64,000 bases of DNA from the human T2T-CHM13v2.0 reference genome, Homo sapiens, in the NCBI RefSeq assembly GCF_009914755.1, contig NC_060928.1; one strand, written 5' to 3'. Shown here one piece after another: positions 31,736-46,432 of this stretch. The position numbers were made by a program, and so were the translations under genes. The notes under the pieces are model-generated. The model did not search any database. It saw only the letters and a list, made by a program, of their open reading frames with translations, and had not been told where the DNA came from. The first letter of the stretch is position 1. Each line of letters begins with the position of its first letter.

Positions 31736-33411
31736 AATGGAGGCAGTTACTACATAGTATTCACAATTGACATGTAATCTGCAACACCTATATCACGTTG
31801 CCATAGGATTTCTCAATAATAAAAACAGCTTTCAGTTAATGCATATAGAATAAGATCAAGTTGGATGTCAGAGAAGGAAGGAGGAGAGGTTAATCTATTG
31901 CCTTGTTTTGAACAACAACAACAAAAAAAAGCAGGGGAGGGATGTAATAATATATTGTAGGAAAACACTTTATAAAATGAGTAGCTTATCTAGCATTTAG
32001 ACATTGGCTATTTCATTAAATCTCTAGGAACTGAATTGAAGTTTAATAAACTAATGAGAGGACCTTTGATTTTCCTTGCACCAGAAAACAGAGAATGATG
32101 CCTGTGAAATGAAAGGTTTATCATATGTGAGATAGCTTCATCCTGCAAGGAAATTGATATTATGCTTGTTACTTTCTACATGTATTCAAGGACTAGTATC
32201 ACCATCCACATTTCACAGGTGATCACTGAATATTTTTCAGGAATTTCTTACATTGCTAATGATTAGAAGTTGCTTTTCTCATCATTCCAGTGTATAATCA
32301 GGCCAGCATATTTCAGAGAGAAGCGCAATCACAAATCCAGGTTCTGATTAATAGAAAGCTAACAGGTAAGAAATATTTAGCAGAAATTCAAAAATCAAGG
32401 GAATAGTAGAAAACTAAAACTGAGACAAATACTGTCATTGTTTGTTTTTAAGATGCCACTGCATATAAATACATGTATCTCTTGATTTTCACACTCCATT
32501 TGGAAACCTGCACCCCCTTCTCTCTCCCCAGGGCAATGCAGAGAGGTGCAGTGGACTCAGCTAGGCTGGGAGAGTCAGACACAGCATGGCCTGAGAGGCC
32601 CCTCAGCCACTGGAGCCCTATCTTTGCCCCAACCTGCCTGTCTCTGTGCCAGGCTGGATAAGGCACAGGAGAACTTAATTGAGAATAAGCTTCACTCTGT
32701 GCTGGGGCTGGTGGGGGTGTTGAGGGAAGAGGAAAAGCTTGAATCTTTAAAAATAGTTGGCCATTTGCAATTACAATTCTTTTCACTCTTAAATATTCAA
32801 TAGGGAAAAGGACAGGCATGACCTTTGAAAGGGGCTGGTAGTTTTCTGGAAGCTGCTATGGCTGGTTAATAGAAATGAGATACGGTCCAAGTTGCAAAGA
32901 TGCTAAAATATTTTATAAAGAAAAGGAGATATAACTTGAAAACTGTCACTTTCTTTAGACTTTAGGGGACTGCTGCTTTTCACCCTTCCCATATAACAGA
33001 ATGCAATGCAGAGAACACAACTTCTTCTTCCCATAGTCCTTTTCATCTGGGTCCTTCTTCTGGCTTCCCTGGTGATCAGCACTGAATGTCAGAGCTGCGA
33101 CTCTAGCAGTTGTCCTTTGTCAGCAAAGCTTTACCCCATCGGGGGAGTAACTCAGACCTTTAATTTCCTCAAACATCACTCACGGCTCAAGTATTTAAGA
33201 AAACCTCATTGAAGACTCAATGGTAACAACCAAACAACAACAACAACAAAACAGGAGAGCTCATTACATGAGAAACTTAAAACTTGATATAAACTCTGAT
33301 ATTTCCCTGATTTTACCCCAACACCTGTTCTTAGAGGGTGATATTATGTAGATCTCTTTTCTCAATCTGAAGTTGCTGGTGTGGTCTATGTCCTACTCAT
33401 CCTTACTAAAA

Positions 33412-33506
33412 AGCAGAAAAAAGAAAGAAGAAGAAAGGAAGGAAGGGAAGGGAAGGGAAGGGAAGGAAAGAGAAGGGAAGGGAAGGGAGGCATGCAGGCA
33501 GGCAGG
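33412..33506. repeat. Polypurine (GGAA/GGGAA)n and (GGCA)n tract
   Basis: Read directly from the sequence. Confidence 0.9.
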
Positions 33507-33787
33507 CCTCTTTTTTAACAGCTTTTAGTCCACAGCCCCAAATACCTTTATCTGAACCCAGGCCAAAATATTAAAAGTACCCTTATTATAATCTGTTCAG
33601 ACAACTCAGTTTTAGTTGTTGTCATGGTATTCGTGTTGTTTTGCTGGACTCATGACTTAAAAAATCTTGATCTAAAGCTCAGTCTTTTCATTACTTTTCT
33701 AGTAAAGAGTTTTCCCAAGAAAACATCTTATCAGTGCAGTTCCTTCCAATTTAAACAAGAGGCCTCCTCAAGGCTAATTTTCATTTC

Positions 33788-34430
33788 ATTGTATTTTATT
33801 GTGTTAAGAACACAACATGAGATCTACTCCCTTCTTAAGAAATTGTTAAGTGTATAGTACATTATTGTTGGTACAATGTTGCACAGTAGATCTCTAGAGC
33901 TTATTATTTTGCCTGACTTAAACTTTATGCCTGTTGATTAGCAACCCCATTCTCTCTACCCTCAGGCCCTGGCAACCGCCCTTTCATTGAGTTCATAAAT
34001 TTGACTATTTTGGACACATCATATATGTGGAATCATACAATGTTTGTCTTTCTGTGACTAGTTTATTTCACTTAGCATACTATTTTCAAGGTTCATCTGC
34101 ATTGTTGCAAATCACAGAACTCAAAGTGGATTTAAGACTTACATGTAAGGTCCCAAACTGTAAAAGTTCTAGAGGAAACACAGGGGAAAAAAACTTCACG
34201 GCAATGTTCTTGGGGATGATTTTATGCATATGACACCAAAAGCATAGGCAACAAAAACAAAAACAGACAAGTGAAATGACATCAAACTAAAAATCTTCTA
34301 TACAGCAAGATAAACAATCAATAGAGTGAAAGGGCAACTAATAGAATGGGAAAAATATTTGCAAACCATATGTCTGATAAGAGGTTATAATCCAAAGTAC
34401 ATAAGGAAATTCTACAACTCAATAGTAAAA

Positions 34431-34465
<35 letters not shown>

Positions 34466-35391
34466 ACAAACAAACACCTCTTTAAAATGGGCTAAGGAGA
34501 ATGGACATTTCTCAACAGAAAACATAAAAATGGCCAACAAGTGTGTGAAAAGTTGCTCAACATCACTAATCATTAGGGAAATGTAAATCAAAACCATAAT
34601 GAGATATCACCTCATACATGCTACAATGGCCATTATAAATAAAACCAAAGCAAAACAAGACAAAAAAATGAGTAAATAATATGTGTACACAAGGATATGG
34701 AGAAATTGGGACCCTTATACACTGTTGGTGAGAATGCAAAATGGTACAGCCACTAGGGAAAACAGCATGGAGATTCCTCAAAAAATTAAAAATAGAACTA
34801 CCATATGATCCAGCAATTCTACTTCTGGTTCAATTCACTAGAATTGAAATCAGGTTTTTGAAGAGATATTAGCACTCTTATGTTCATTGCAGCATTATTC
34901 ATAATAGCCAAGATGTGAAAATAACCAAAATATTAAAACTTAAACTGTCACATTAATCATTTTAAAAGTTTATTTGAGCAAACAGCAATTTATGAATTGG
35001 ACAGCACTCAATTGTGGTGCTAGTTGGTCGGGGAGGAAAGGTTTCAAAGACAGGGTTTTATAAGGTGAGTGGGAAAGCAAAGCAAAGAAAATAATTGTTT
35101 ACAGTTATGTAGTTGCCTTATTTGGATTACCCAGTGGAAATTTCTAGTTATGCAGTTTGAAGTTAGTGGTTTCTGATTGATTAAGTTTAAATTTTATCTC
35201 TCTCTAAGTTAGTTACAAGGAAGGCATTCAAGTTAGATTTAGGTTGCTTATATTGGATCTCAGGGCACTGAAGCTGCCTCAGGTGAATTGCCTCCTATTT
35301 AGTTATTTTAGCAATGTTTATTGACAGATAAATGAATAAACAAAGTGTGATATGTCCACACAGTGGAATATTATTCAGCCTTTTAAATAAA
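33788..35391 (-). mobile_element. L1MA9/10-type element with 5' inversion
   Basis: 3'UTR on - (33788-34110) joined to upstream ORF2 sequence on + (34111-35391); degenerate TSD CAAGGCTAATTTTCATTTC / CAAGGGCAAATTTTTATTTC. Confidence 0.75.
34931..35313 (-). mobile_element. MER93-like ERV1 solo LTR nested in the L1
   Basis: Reverse complement starts TGCTAAAATAACTAAATAGGAGGCAATT...GAGGCAGCTTCAGTGCCCTG; L1 sequence resumes afterwards. Confidence 0.7.
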
Positions 35392-37047
35392 CAAGGGCAA
35401 ATTTTTATTTCTTCATTGAAATGTTAAAATTATGATGCCAAAATGAAAACCTCTGTAGTTTTGATAATGTTAATATTAAAAAACACCTCCAAAAATCAAT
35501 GGAAGATCTTTTGTGTAAGGAGGTGTTAAGCCTTTATGACGAAAAAGGGAAAAGAGCTGCACTCAAATGTTTAGTGGCCAGATTAGCAAATGACTAATAC
35601 TTAACTTTTTTGTATGTAAAATTTGTAGCTAAACTTCTTGGTAAATTGAGGTTTTAAAATCAGGGAGAAGGACTTCTGCTTCTGGAAAGATGGAGTAGAC
35701 ATCTTTTTTTTCCTATTTCTTCTACTAAGTTCAACTAAAAACTCTGGACATTACATATAAAACAAACATAAGAAGACATTGAAGGTAGAAAAAGAAGACA
35801 GACTAGCTAGCAAACTCTGGATTCAAGGAACAACATTCTGGTAAGTTACTTGGGTTTTTTCTTTGCCTCATATATCTCAGTTGAAGAAGCTGGCAATCGG
35901 CAAACACCAACAGATACAGAAAATAAGAGACCCATAAAAGGCCATTTTTTCTAGCCAAAGTACCAGGAAAGGAACAACCTAGCAAGACAAAAATCTTTTA
36001 TACGGTAAATGCTTTATTCTAGCCATCTACCACAGAAAAGAACTGTGGCTCCACACTTACCAGTAAGGGTGGGGAAAGTAGACTTCCACTTTTTCTAGGC
36101 ACCTAATTCCTCCCTTGTGGTGTCAGAGAAGGCCAATTAGAAAGCCAGGACTTTCATCCTTATTGGGTAGATAATAAGCCATCTCCCTCCCCTTGATGTC
36201 AGTGGTGACTACTTGTGGATGTAGAATTTCTATCCATCATAAGGTGACCTCCACCCACTCCTGACTGGAGTGATATCAGAGGAAGTTAAATAGAGAATCA
36301 GGATTGCCATCAACGCCAGTGCTAATAAGACCCCTCCATTCTGGTGTAAGCAGAGGCTCTGTGGGAAGCAGTTAAAAGGCACTCCTATCCCTTCCAGACA
36401 AGGCGATGTTCAGTGGAGGCCTACTGGAGAGCTACAACTCCATCCTTTTCCTGCAGCAATGAGGAATCTTCCTACCCTCAGGTGTCAATGCATGTAATTG
36501 TGGAACCTGTGCTTCTATCCTCACCTGGCAGTAGGTGGTGCTCACATCTTTCCATGCTAGAATGGTGTCAAAATAAGACAGCTAAACAGAAAGATTAAAT
36601 AAGAACAAGAGTTCCATAAAACACCCAAAATATCCAGGTTTCAATTGAAAAACACTCATTATGGCAAGGATCAGAAAGATCTCAAAAATGAAAAAAAGGC
36701 AATCAACAGATGCCAAAACAGAGATGACAACAATGTTAGAAATATCTGACAAGATTTTAAAAGTCATCATAAAAATTTTTCATGAGCAATTTATAAACAT
36801 ATTAGAGAAAAAATCAGAATGTCTCAGAAAAAAGAAAAATCTCAACAGTAATATAGAAGATATAAATAAGAACCAAATGGAAATTTTAGAACTAAAAAAT
36901 ACCATAATTATAAAAAAACTCAATGAATGGGCTCAAAAAATTGAATAGAATGGAAAGAAGAGTCAGTGGACTTCAAGATAGAAAAAAGAAATTACTTAAT
37001 CTGTAAAACAAATCAGACAGAAAAAAATAGAGCTTTAGGAACCTGTA

Positions 37048-37428
37048 TGTGGAGGCTAAAGCAACTTCATCTTGGAGGCTAATCCACCATGTTGACATCT
37101 GATTAACCCCTATTCTAGGAAGGCCTCTAAGATTTCCAGTATGTCTTTTGTTTCTTGGCAAAGAGCACTTACTTACTGTAAATCCTGCTCTTAGGTCAAA
37201 ACAACCTTGATGTTATTGTACTTCAATTGTCCTACACATCCCTTCGGAATGTAGGAGGTTCCAACACCTGGTCTCGCCACAGCCCAAAACACAGACATGG
37301 CTTCTATCTGTAGGCCCTTATTAAACATGTATTTCTGAGAAACTGGATATGCCAGCCTCTTTCTTTGGCCTCTCAACTTCCTTGGACTTTGAGGATAGGC
37401 TTGTATAGGATAGGCCCACCATGGAACA
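37048..37428 (+). mobile_element. LTR47-type ERVL solo LTR
   Basis: TGTGGAGGCTAAAGCAACTTCATCTTGG...GGAACA; TSD CTGTA/CTGTG. Confidence 0.8.
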
Positions 37429-38076
37429 CTGTGAAACTATAATAAAGTTCTGACTCTCATGCCATCTACATCTGGAAGAAAGATAAAAAAGGGAGAGAAT
37501 AAAAAGGTACTCAAAGAAATAATGACTGAAAACTTCCCAAATTTGGCATAAGGCACAATCCTATAGATTCAAGAAGCTGAGTGAACTCCCAAAAGAAAAA
37601 AACAAAGGACATGCCAAGAAACATGTGGTCAAACTTCTGAAAACTAAAGATAAAGAAAAATTATTAAAAACAGCAAGCACTGAAAAAAAAGAACAGTCAA
37701 TTTAGAATCTTATTTCTAGCATAAATAGTCTCATAATGAAAAAGCTGTCTAAAGAGACATCCTTAAAAATATTACAGATAAATCAAAATTGAATTATAAA
37801 AAATGTTTAAGATAGCTCCAGGAAAAAGTAAGCAGAGAAATAAAAAGCAAAGATGATAAACAAAACACCAAAAATAAAATGGCTGGCTTGAGCCCTAAAA
37901 TATCAATAATTACATTAAAACTAAATGGATTAAATACTCCAATTAGACTTTTATAACTTACATACTTTGCAGATAACATGATTGTCTACAGAGACTTTCA
38001 AGGGCTGTACACAATAAAACCCCTAGAACTAGTAAGTGCTTTCAGTGAGGTTTCATAAACATAAAAAGCTACATTA

Positions 38077-39341
38077 TCAGGTTGGTGCAAACATAATTGC
38101 AGTTGTTGCATTGTTGAAATTTGCTGTTTGATATTGGAATACATTCTTAAATAAATGTGGTTATGTTGTACATCATTTTAACGCACATTTCTCGCTTTTT
38201 TTGCGAATGACTTATTACTTGCTCTTTATTTTATATTTATTTTAGACTCTGGAAATGATATTAGATAAAAAGCAAATTTGAGCGATTTTCTTATTGAGTT
38301 CAAAATGGATCATAAAGCAGCAGAGACAAATTGCAACATCAACAATGCATTTAGCCCAGAAATTGCTGACAAAGGTACAGTGCAGTGGTGGTTCAAGAAG
38401 TTTTGCAAAGGAGACAAGAGCCTTGAAGATGAGGAGCATAGTGACCGGCCATGTGAAGCTGATGACCAATTGAGAGCAATCATTGAAGCTGATCCTCCTA
38501 CAACTACACGAGAAGTTGCTGAATAACTCAATGTCGACCATTCTATGGTTGTTTGGCATTTGAAGCAAATTGGAAAAGTGAAAAAGCGATAAGTGGGTGC
38601 TTCATGAGCTGAGTGAAAATTTTAAAAAACTGTCATTTTGAAGTGTTGTCATCTCTTATTCTATGCAACAACAATGAACCATTTCTCAATCGGATTGTGA
38701 TGTGTGATGAAAAGTGGATTTTGTATGACAACCAGCTCCGTGGTTGGACGGAGAAAAAGCTCCAAAGCTCTTCCCAAAGCCAAACTTACACCAAAAAAAA
38801 AGTCTTTGTCACTGTTTGGTGGTCTACTGCCGGTATGATCCAAAATAGCTTTCTGAATCTTGGCGAAATCATTACATCTAAGAAGTATGCTCAGCCAATC
38901 GATGAGATAAATTGAAAACTGCAATGCCTGCAGCAGGCATTGGTCAACAGAAATGGCCCAATTCTTCTCCGTGACAGCGGCTGACCCCATGTCACACAAA
39001 CAATGCTTCAAAAGTCAAATGAATTGGGCTACAAAGTTTTGCCTCATCTGTTATATTCACGTGACCCCTCGCCAACTGACTACCACTTCTTCAAGGATCT
39101 CAACAACTTTTTGCAGGGAAAACACTTCCACAACCAGTAGGGTGCAGAAAATGCTTTCCAAGATTGCATCAAATTCTGAAGCACAGATTTTTACACTACA
39201 AGAATAAGCAAACATTTCTTATTGGCAAAAATGCGTTGATTGTAATGGTTCCTATTTTGATTGATAAAGATATGTTTGAGACTAGTTATAATGATTTAAA
39301 ATTCACAGTCCAAAATGGAAATTACTCTTACAACAACCTAA
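38077..39341 (+). mobile_element. Full-length Hsmar1 mariner DNA transposon
   Basis: TIRs TCAGGTTGGTGCAAACATAATTGC / ATTACTCTTACAACAACCTAA, TA dinucleotide on both sides, 1265 bp. Confidence 0.95.
38249..39264 (+). pseudogene. Hsmar1 transposase pseudogene
   Basis: HTH region (TVQWWFKKFCKGD), CDEKW, LLRD, SPTDY and the C-terminus WQKCVDCNGSYFD*; start codon mutated to CTG; several stops and frameshifts. Confidence 0.95.
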
Positions 39342-39909
39342 TATATTTCTAAATAGTAGCAAAGAGTGCAAGGTAGTAATATTAAAAATACAATACCACT
39401 AAAATCAGGAAAAAAAGAGACACTTAGGTATAAATCTAACAAGACATGTAGAGGACTGTATGAGGTATCAAGAGTATTCTAGAAACTACAAAGTGCTGAG
39501 AAATCAAATAGATAAGAAGCCTCAACATGATAGAACTGTTCATTCTGCCCAAATTGATATAGAGATTTAATGTAACTTTTATTGAATTACACAAGATTTT
39601 TTCTCTATACAGACAAGATTATTCTAAAATGTGTATGAAAAAAACAAAGAAAGTAAAATAGCTAAAATGATTTATTTAATTAATAATAAGGTAGAATTTT
39701 AATGAGTCTAAATGATTTCAAGACTAACTGTATAGGTATTCAAGACTGCATAGTATTGGTAGAAGAGTAGCTCAATGGAACAGAATAAAAATTGCAGAAG
39801 TCGAACCATAAAATATGCCCAACTATTTTTTATTATTAGACTTATTTCAAAAAAAGAAATTCTAGGTTTATAAAAAATTGAGTGGAAAGTACAGAAAATT
39901 CCTATATAG

Positions 39910-43250
<3,341 letters not shown>

Positions 43251-43254
43251 CAGA

Positions 43255-44137
43255 TCATTCTCCAAGGATTGAAAAGACAATCCTTTCTCCATCGAACTTC
43301 CTTTTACCATTTGTTAAAGATCAGTTGACTATATTTGTATGAGTCTATTTCTGTGCTCTCTACTCTGTTCCACTGATCTATGTGTTCATTCTTTATCAAT
43401 ATCACACTGTAATTTTACTGTAATCAGTAGTAACACAAATTATTTTGACAAAGGTGCAAAAGTAATTCAACAAATTAGCAAGTGGTGCTGGGGCAATTGG
43501 ACTTACATGGGCAAAAATATATTCATTCATCTAAGTTTCATACCTTGTACAGATATTAAGTTGATAAAAGATTTAAATGTAAAAATAAAACTTTTTTAAA
43601 AATATGGGGGGATTGGGATCTAGTCTGTGGCAAAGAGTTTTTAGACATCAAAAGTAAGATATGTAAAATGAAAAGGTGATAAATTAAACTTATCAAAATT
43701 AGAAAACTTTGCTCTGTGAAAAATTTTTTTAAAGAGATAAAAATATAAGCCATAAGCTCAGTGAAAATATCTGGAAATTACATATCTGACAAAGGATTAG
43801 TATCTAGATACTATATACCTATGTATACACATATCATAATTCAACTGTGAAAAATCAAATAATTAAGTTAAAAATGGGCAAAAATCATGAGACATTTCAC
43901 CAAAGAAAAACAGATGGGAACTTAGCTCATGAAAAGTTGCTTAAGTTCATTAGCCACCAGTAAAATGCAAATTCAGACCAATGATATCTCATTAAAAACA
44001 ATGAGATATCACTAAACACTTAACAGAATGACTTAAATAGCAAGCGGTGACAATACCAAGTGCTTGTGACAACATGGAGAACCTGGATCACTCACACATT
44101 GTAGAATGTAAAATGAAACAGTAATGCTGAGGAACTA
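43255..44137. mobile_element. Old L1M ORF2 3' fragments in both orientations
   Basis: Minus piece ~43260-43420; plus piece from ~43430 (YFDKGAKVIQ..KWCWGNW). Confidence 0.65.
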
Positions 44138-44689
44138 TTTGGTGCAAGAGGCTTAGCTTTTACTCTATCTGGGCTCTCAACATGCCTTCCTCACTAAGCT
44201 TAATCATTTCTAGCTAACTTAAAATGAGAGAAATGATACTTTTTCTTTCACTTGAACATAGTGGTCATTGCAGTGTTATTTGTTGGCTTAGTTTCAATAT
44301 TGTTGTGTCTCAGGGAATAGGGAAGTCCAAGGAGAGGGAGAGAGATGAGGGAATTGGCTGATTGATGGGGAGGTCAGGACACACACATTTATTGATTAAG
44401 TTTGCTCTCTTATATGGATGCGGTTTATGGCACCTAAAACAATTACAATAGTAACGTCAAAAATCACTGATTATAGATCACCATAACAGATATAATAAGA
44501 ATGAAAAAGTTTGAAATATTGCAAGAATTACTAAAATATGACAGAGGCAAGAAGTGAGCACTTGCTGTTAGAAAATTGGTGCTTATAGAATTGCTTGATG
44601 CAGGGTTGCCATAAACCTTCAATTTGTAAAAAAAAAAGAAATGCAGTATCTGCAAAGCGAAGTAAAGCACAATACATAAGATCTATCTG
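44138..44689 (-). mobile_element. Tigger1 5' fragment (pogo-like DNA transposon)
   Basis: Reverse complement of the Tigger1 left end (TTGATGCAGGGTTGCCATAAACCTTCAATTTGTAAAAAA...GTATCTGCAAAGCG), TIR followed by TA. Confidence 0.9.
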
Positions 44690-44747
44690 TATAAAAAATA
44701 AACAGTTTAATTTAAAAAATCTTGGAGCAATATTCCATATTAAGATG

Positions 44748-45410
44748 TGCAAAGGAAAATTAAACAGTCTCAGGATCCCCCAAACTTCTTATGCAAAAGG
44801 AAAAAAGGCTGAGTCTTGCAGTACTCTTTTCCAAACGAATATCTGTTACTAATACTATGTCTCAGCCAGATCCCTATGGATAGGTAAAAGGCCTCCAGCA
44901 TCTGCTGAAGGACTGCCTCCACAGGTCTTTCAGAAATAAATCTTTTGCTGGCTTTCCATAAACAATCACATGCCAATTATAACCTTTAGGAGCTATCTAA
45001 TTTTAGCTCCTAAAACTCCACACTGATACTGTCATTACAAGCTCATTTTCTCAGGTGGAGAATAAAGGCCAGATTCATTTCCCCCACCTACCCAGAGATA
45101 TCTGCATAATTGGTTTTTCCTTTACTCCGCTTTTCTTTTCAAACATTCACCTTGTCTTATGTAAAATGTAGTTTTACTGGGCACTAACTAAAGTCTCACA
45201 GAAATGTAACTATTTGCCTAACCTCCTTCCCTACATACCTTCCGCCTCCAACTCTAAGGGAAGATATAAATACTAAATTTCCTGAAAACCTCTTTGGAGA
45301 AACAGCCATACATGTGTCTGTGGCTTGTCTTTTTCCTGGATGCACCATAAGCAGGCTTAATAAACCTCAGTGATTAAGAGTTATGCCTCAGTCACTCATT
45401 TTAGTTGTCA
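44748..45410 (+). mobile_element. MER72-like ERV1 solo LTR
   Basis: TG...GTTGTCA with perfect TSD GATG. Confidence 0.8.
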
Positions 45411-46432
45411 GATGCCCTCATAGGTCAAGGTTCCTACAAAAAAAAGTCAAACCAGAGAGACAGCTGGCTTTCTTTCCCAAGCTCAATACTTGAACACTTA
45501 AAGTGGAGAAACAAAACAACAACAACAAAGAAATGTAGAAAATAATTTAAAAATTCTTGGCATGAGAGGCATTATTTTGAACCCTTGTGCAGGGATGCAG
45601 CTTTTCCCTGAAGAAGGAAATAGCCAGGTGAGGCTGTGGGAAGACAACAAATAAAGGAACTGTTTAAAGTTCTGCTTTTGCTTCTCCCCTGACATTGCCT
45701 CAGGACAAACAGTTCCTGATCTTTGCACTGGCTGCTACTCAAAGCTCTAGTCCAGTTACCGTCAGAAGTAAATTCATGCCTGATAAGAAGTCTTATAGCT
45801 ATGAAGATGAGATTTAAAAAAAAAATACTTTCAAGCAGTTATTTCCAATACCTCCCTATTCAAATTCTCCAAGGGCTAGTAAATTATAATTTAAAGAGGT
45901 TCTCCTAATAAACTTCTCCCATATTTGCGGGAATTAGGAGTGTTTTTATTGTTCTGTTTATCTTTTGGTCTCTGGGGCTCTCTCCCCAAGAGCTCATCCA
46001 GCTCCTTCATCCCAGGAGGTGACTGGAGCTCACTAGACTGGAGACTGCTTTTCTTCTGCATGTACTGCCTGACAGTGTAGCCAGTATTCTCATGGGATAT
46101 AAGCTCACAAACTAAAATAATAAGTCTTTGAAGAGTTCAAATATTTCAAAAGAAATTAAACATGCTTTATTAAAGATTCTAATAGAGCACAAGTACTAGA
46201 ACAAAAGGACCAAGAATATAAAATTATCCAAATTAACATATGAAAAGAGACAAGGGAAAATATTAGGAATAATTAAGGTATGAAAGTTTTTAAAAATCAA
46301 GCTATATTAGTTATGAAAAATAAAATAATTGAAATAGGTAAACTTTAAATAATTTTTAAAATATGAAAGGTCTCAGACTGAACAACCCATAATAGGTCAA
46401 AGAGGAGCATTAAGGAAAAGCACATACCTATT

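Larger units (their letters stand above)
35670..39840 (+). mobile_element. Old L1M (MC/MD-type) 5'UTR, ORF1 and ORF2 fragments hosting LTR47 and Hsmar1
   Basis: 5' end GGACTTCTGCTTCTGGAAAGATGG; ORF1 remnants (NQMEILELKNT; GAAAACTTCCCAAATTTGG); RT FAD motif at ~37966. Confidence 0.7.

Noticed and set aside
38249-39264. SETMAR gene
   Set aside because: No SET-domain exons, both TIRs present, and the transposase frame is broken
45593-45627. Possible 35-nt exon after the MER72-like LTR
   Set aside because: Weak pyrimidine tract; such AG/GT pairs are expected by chance
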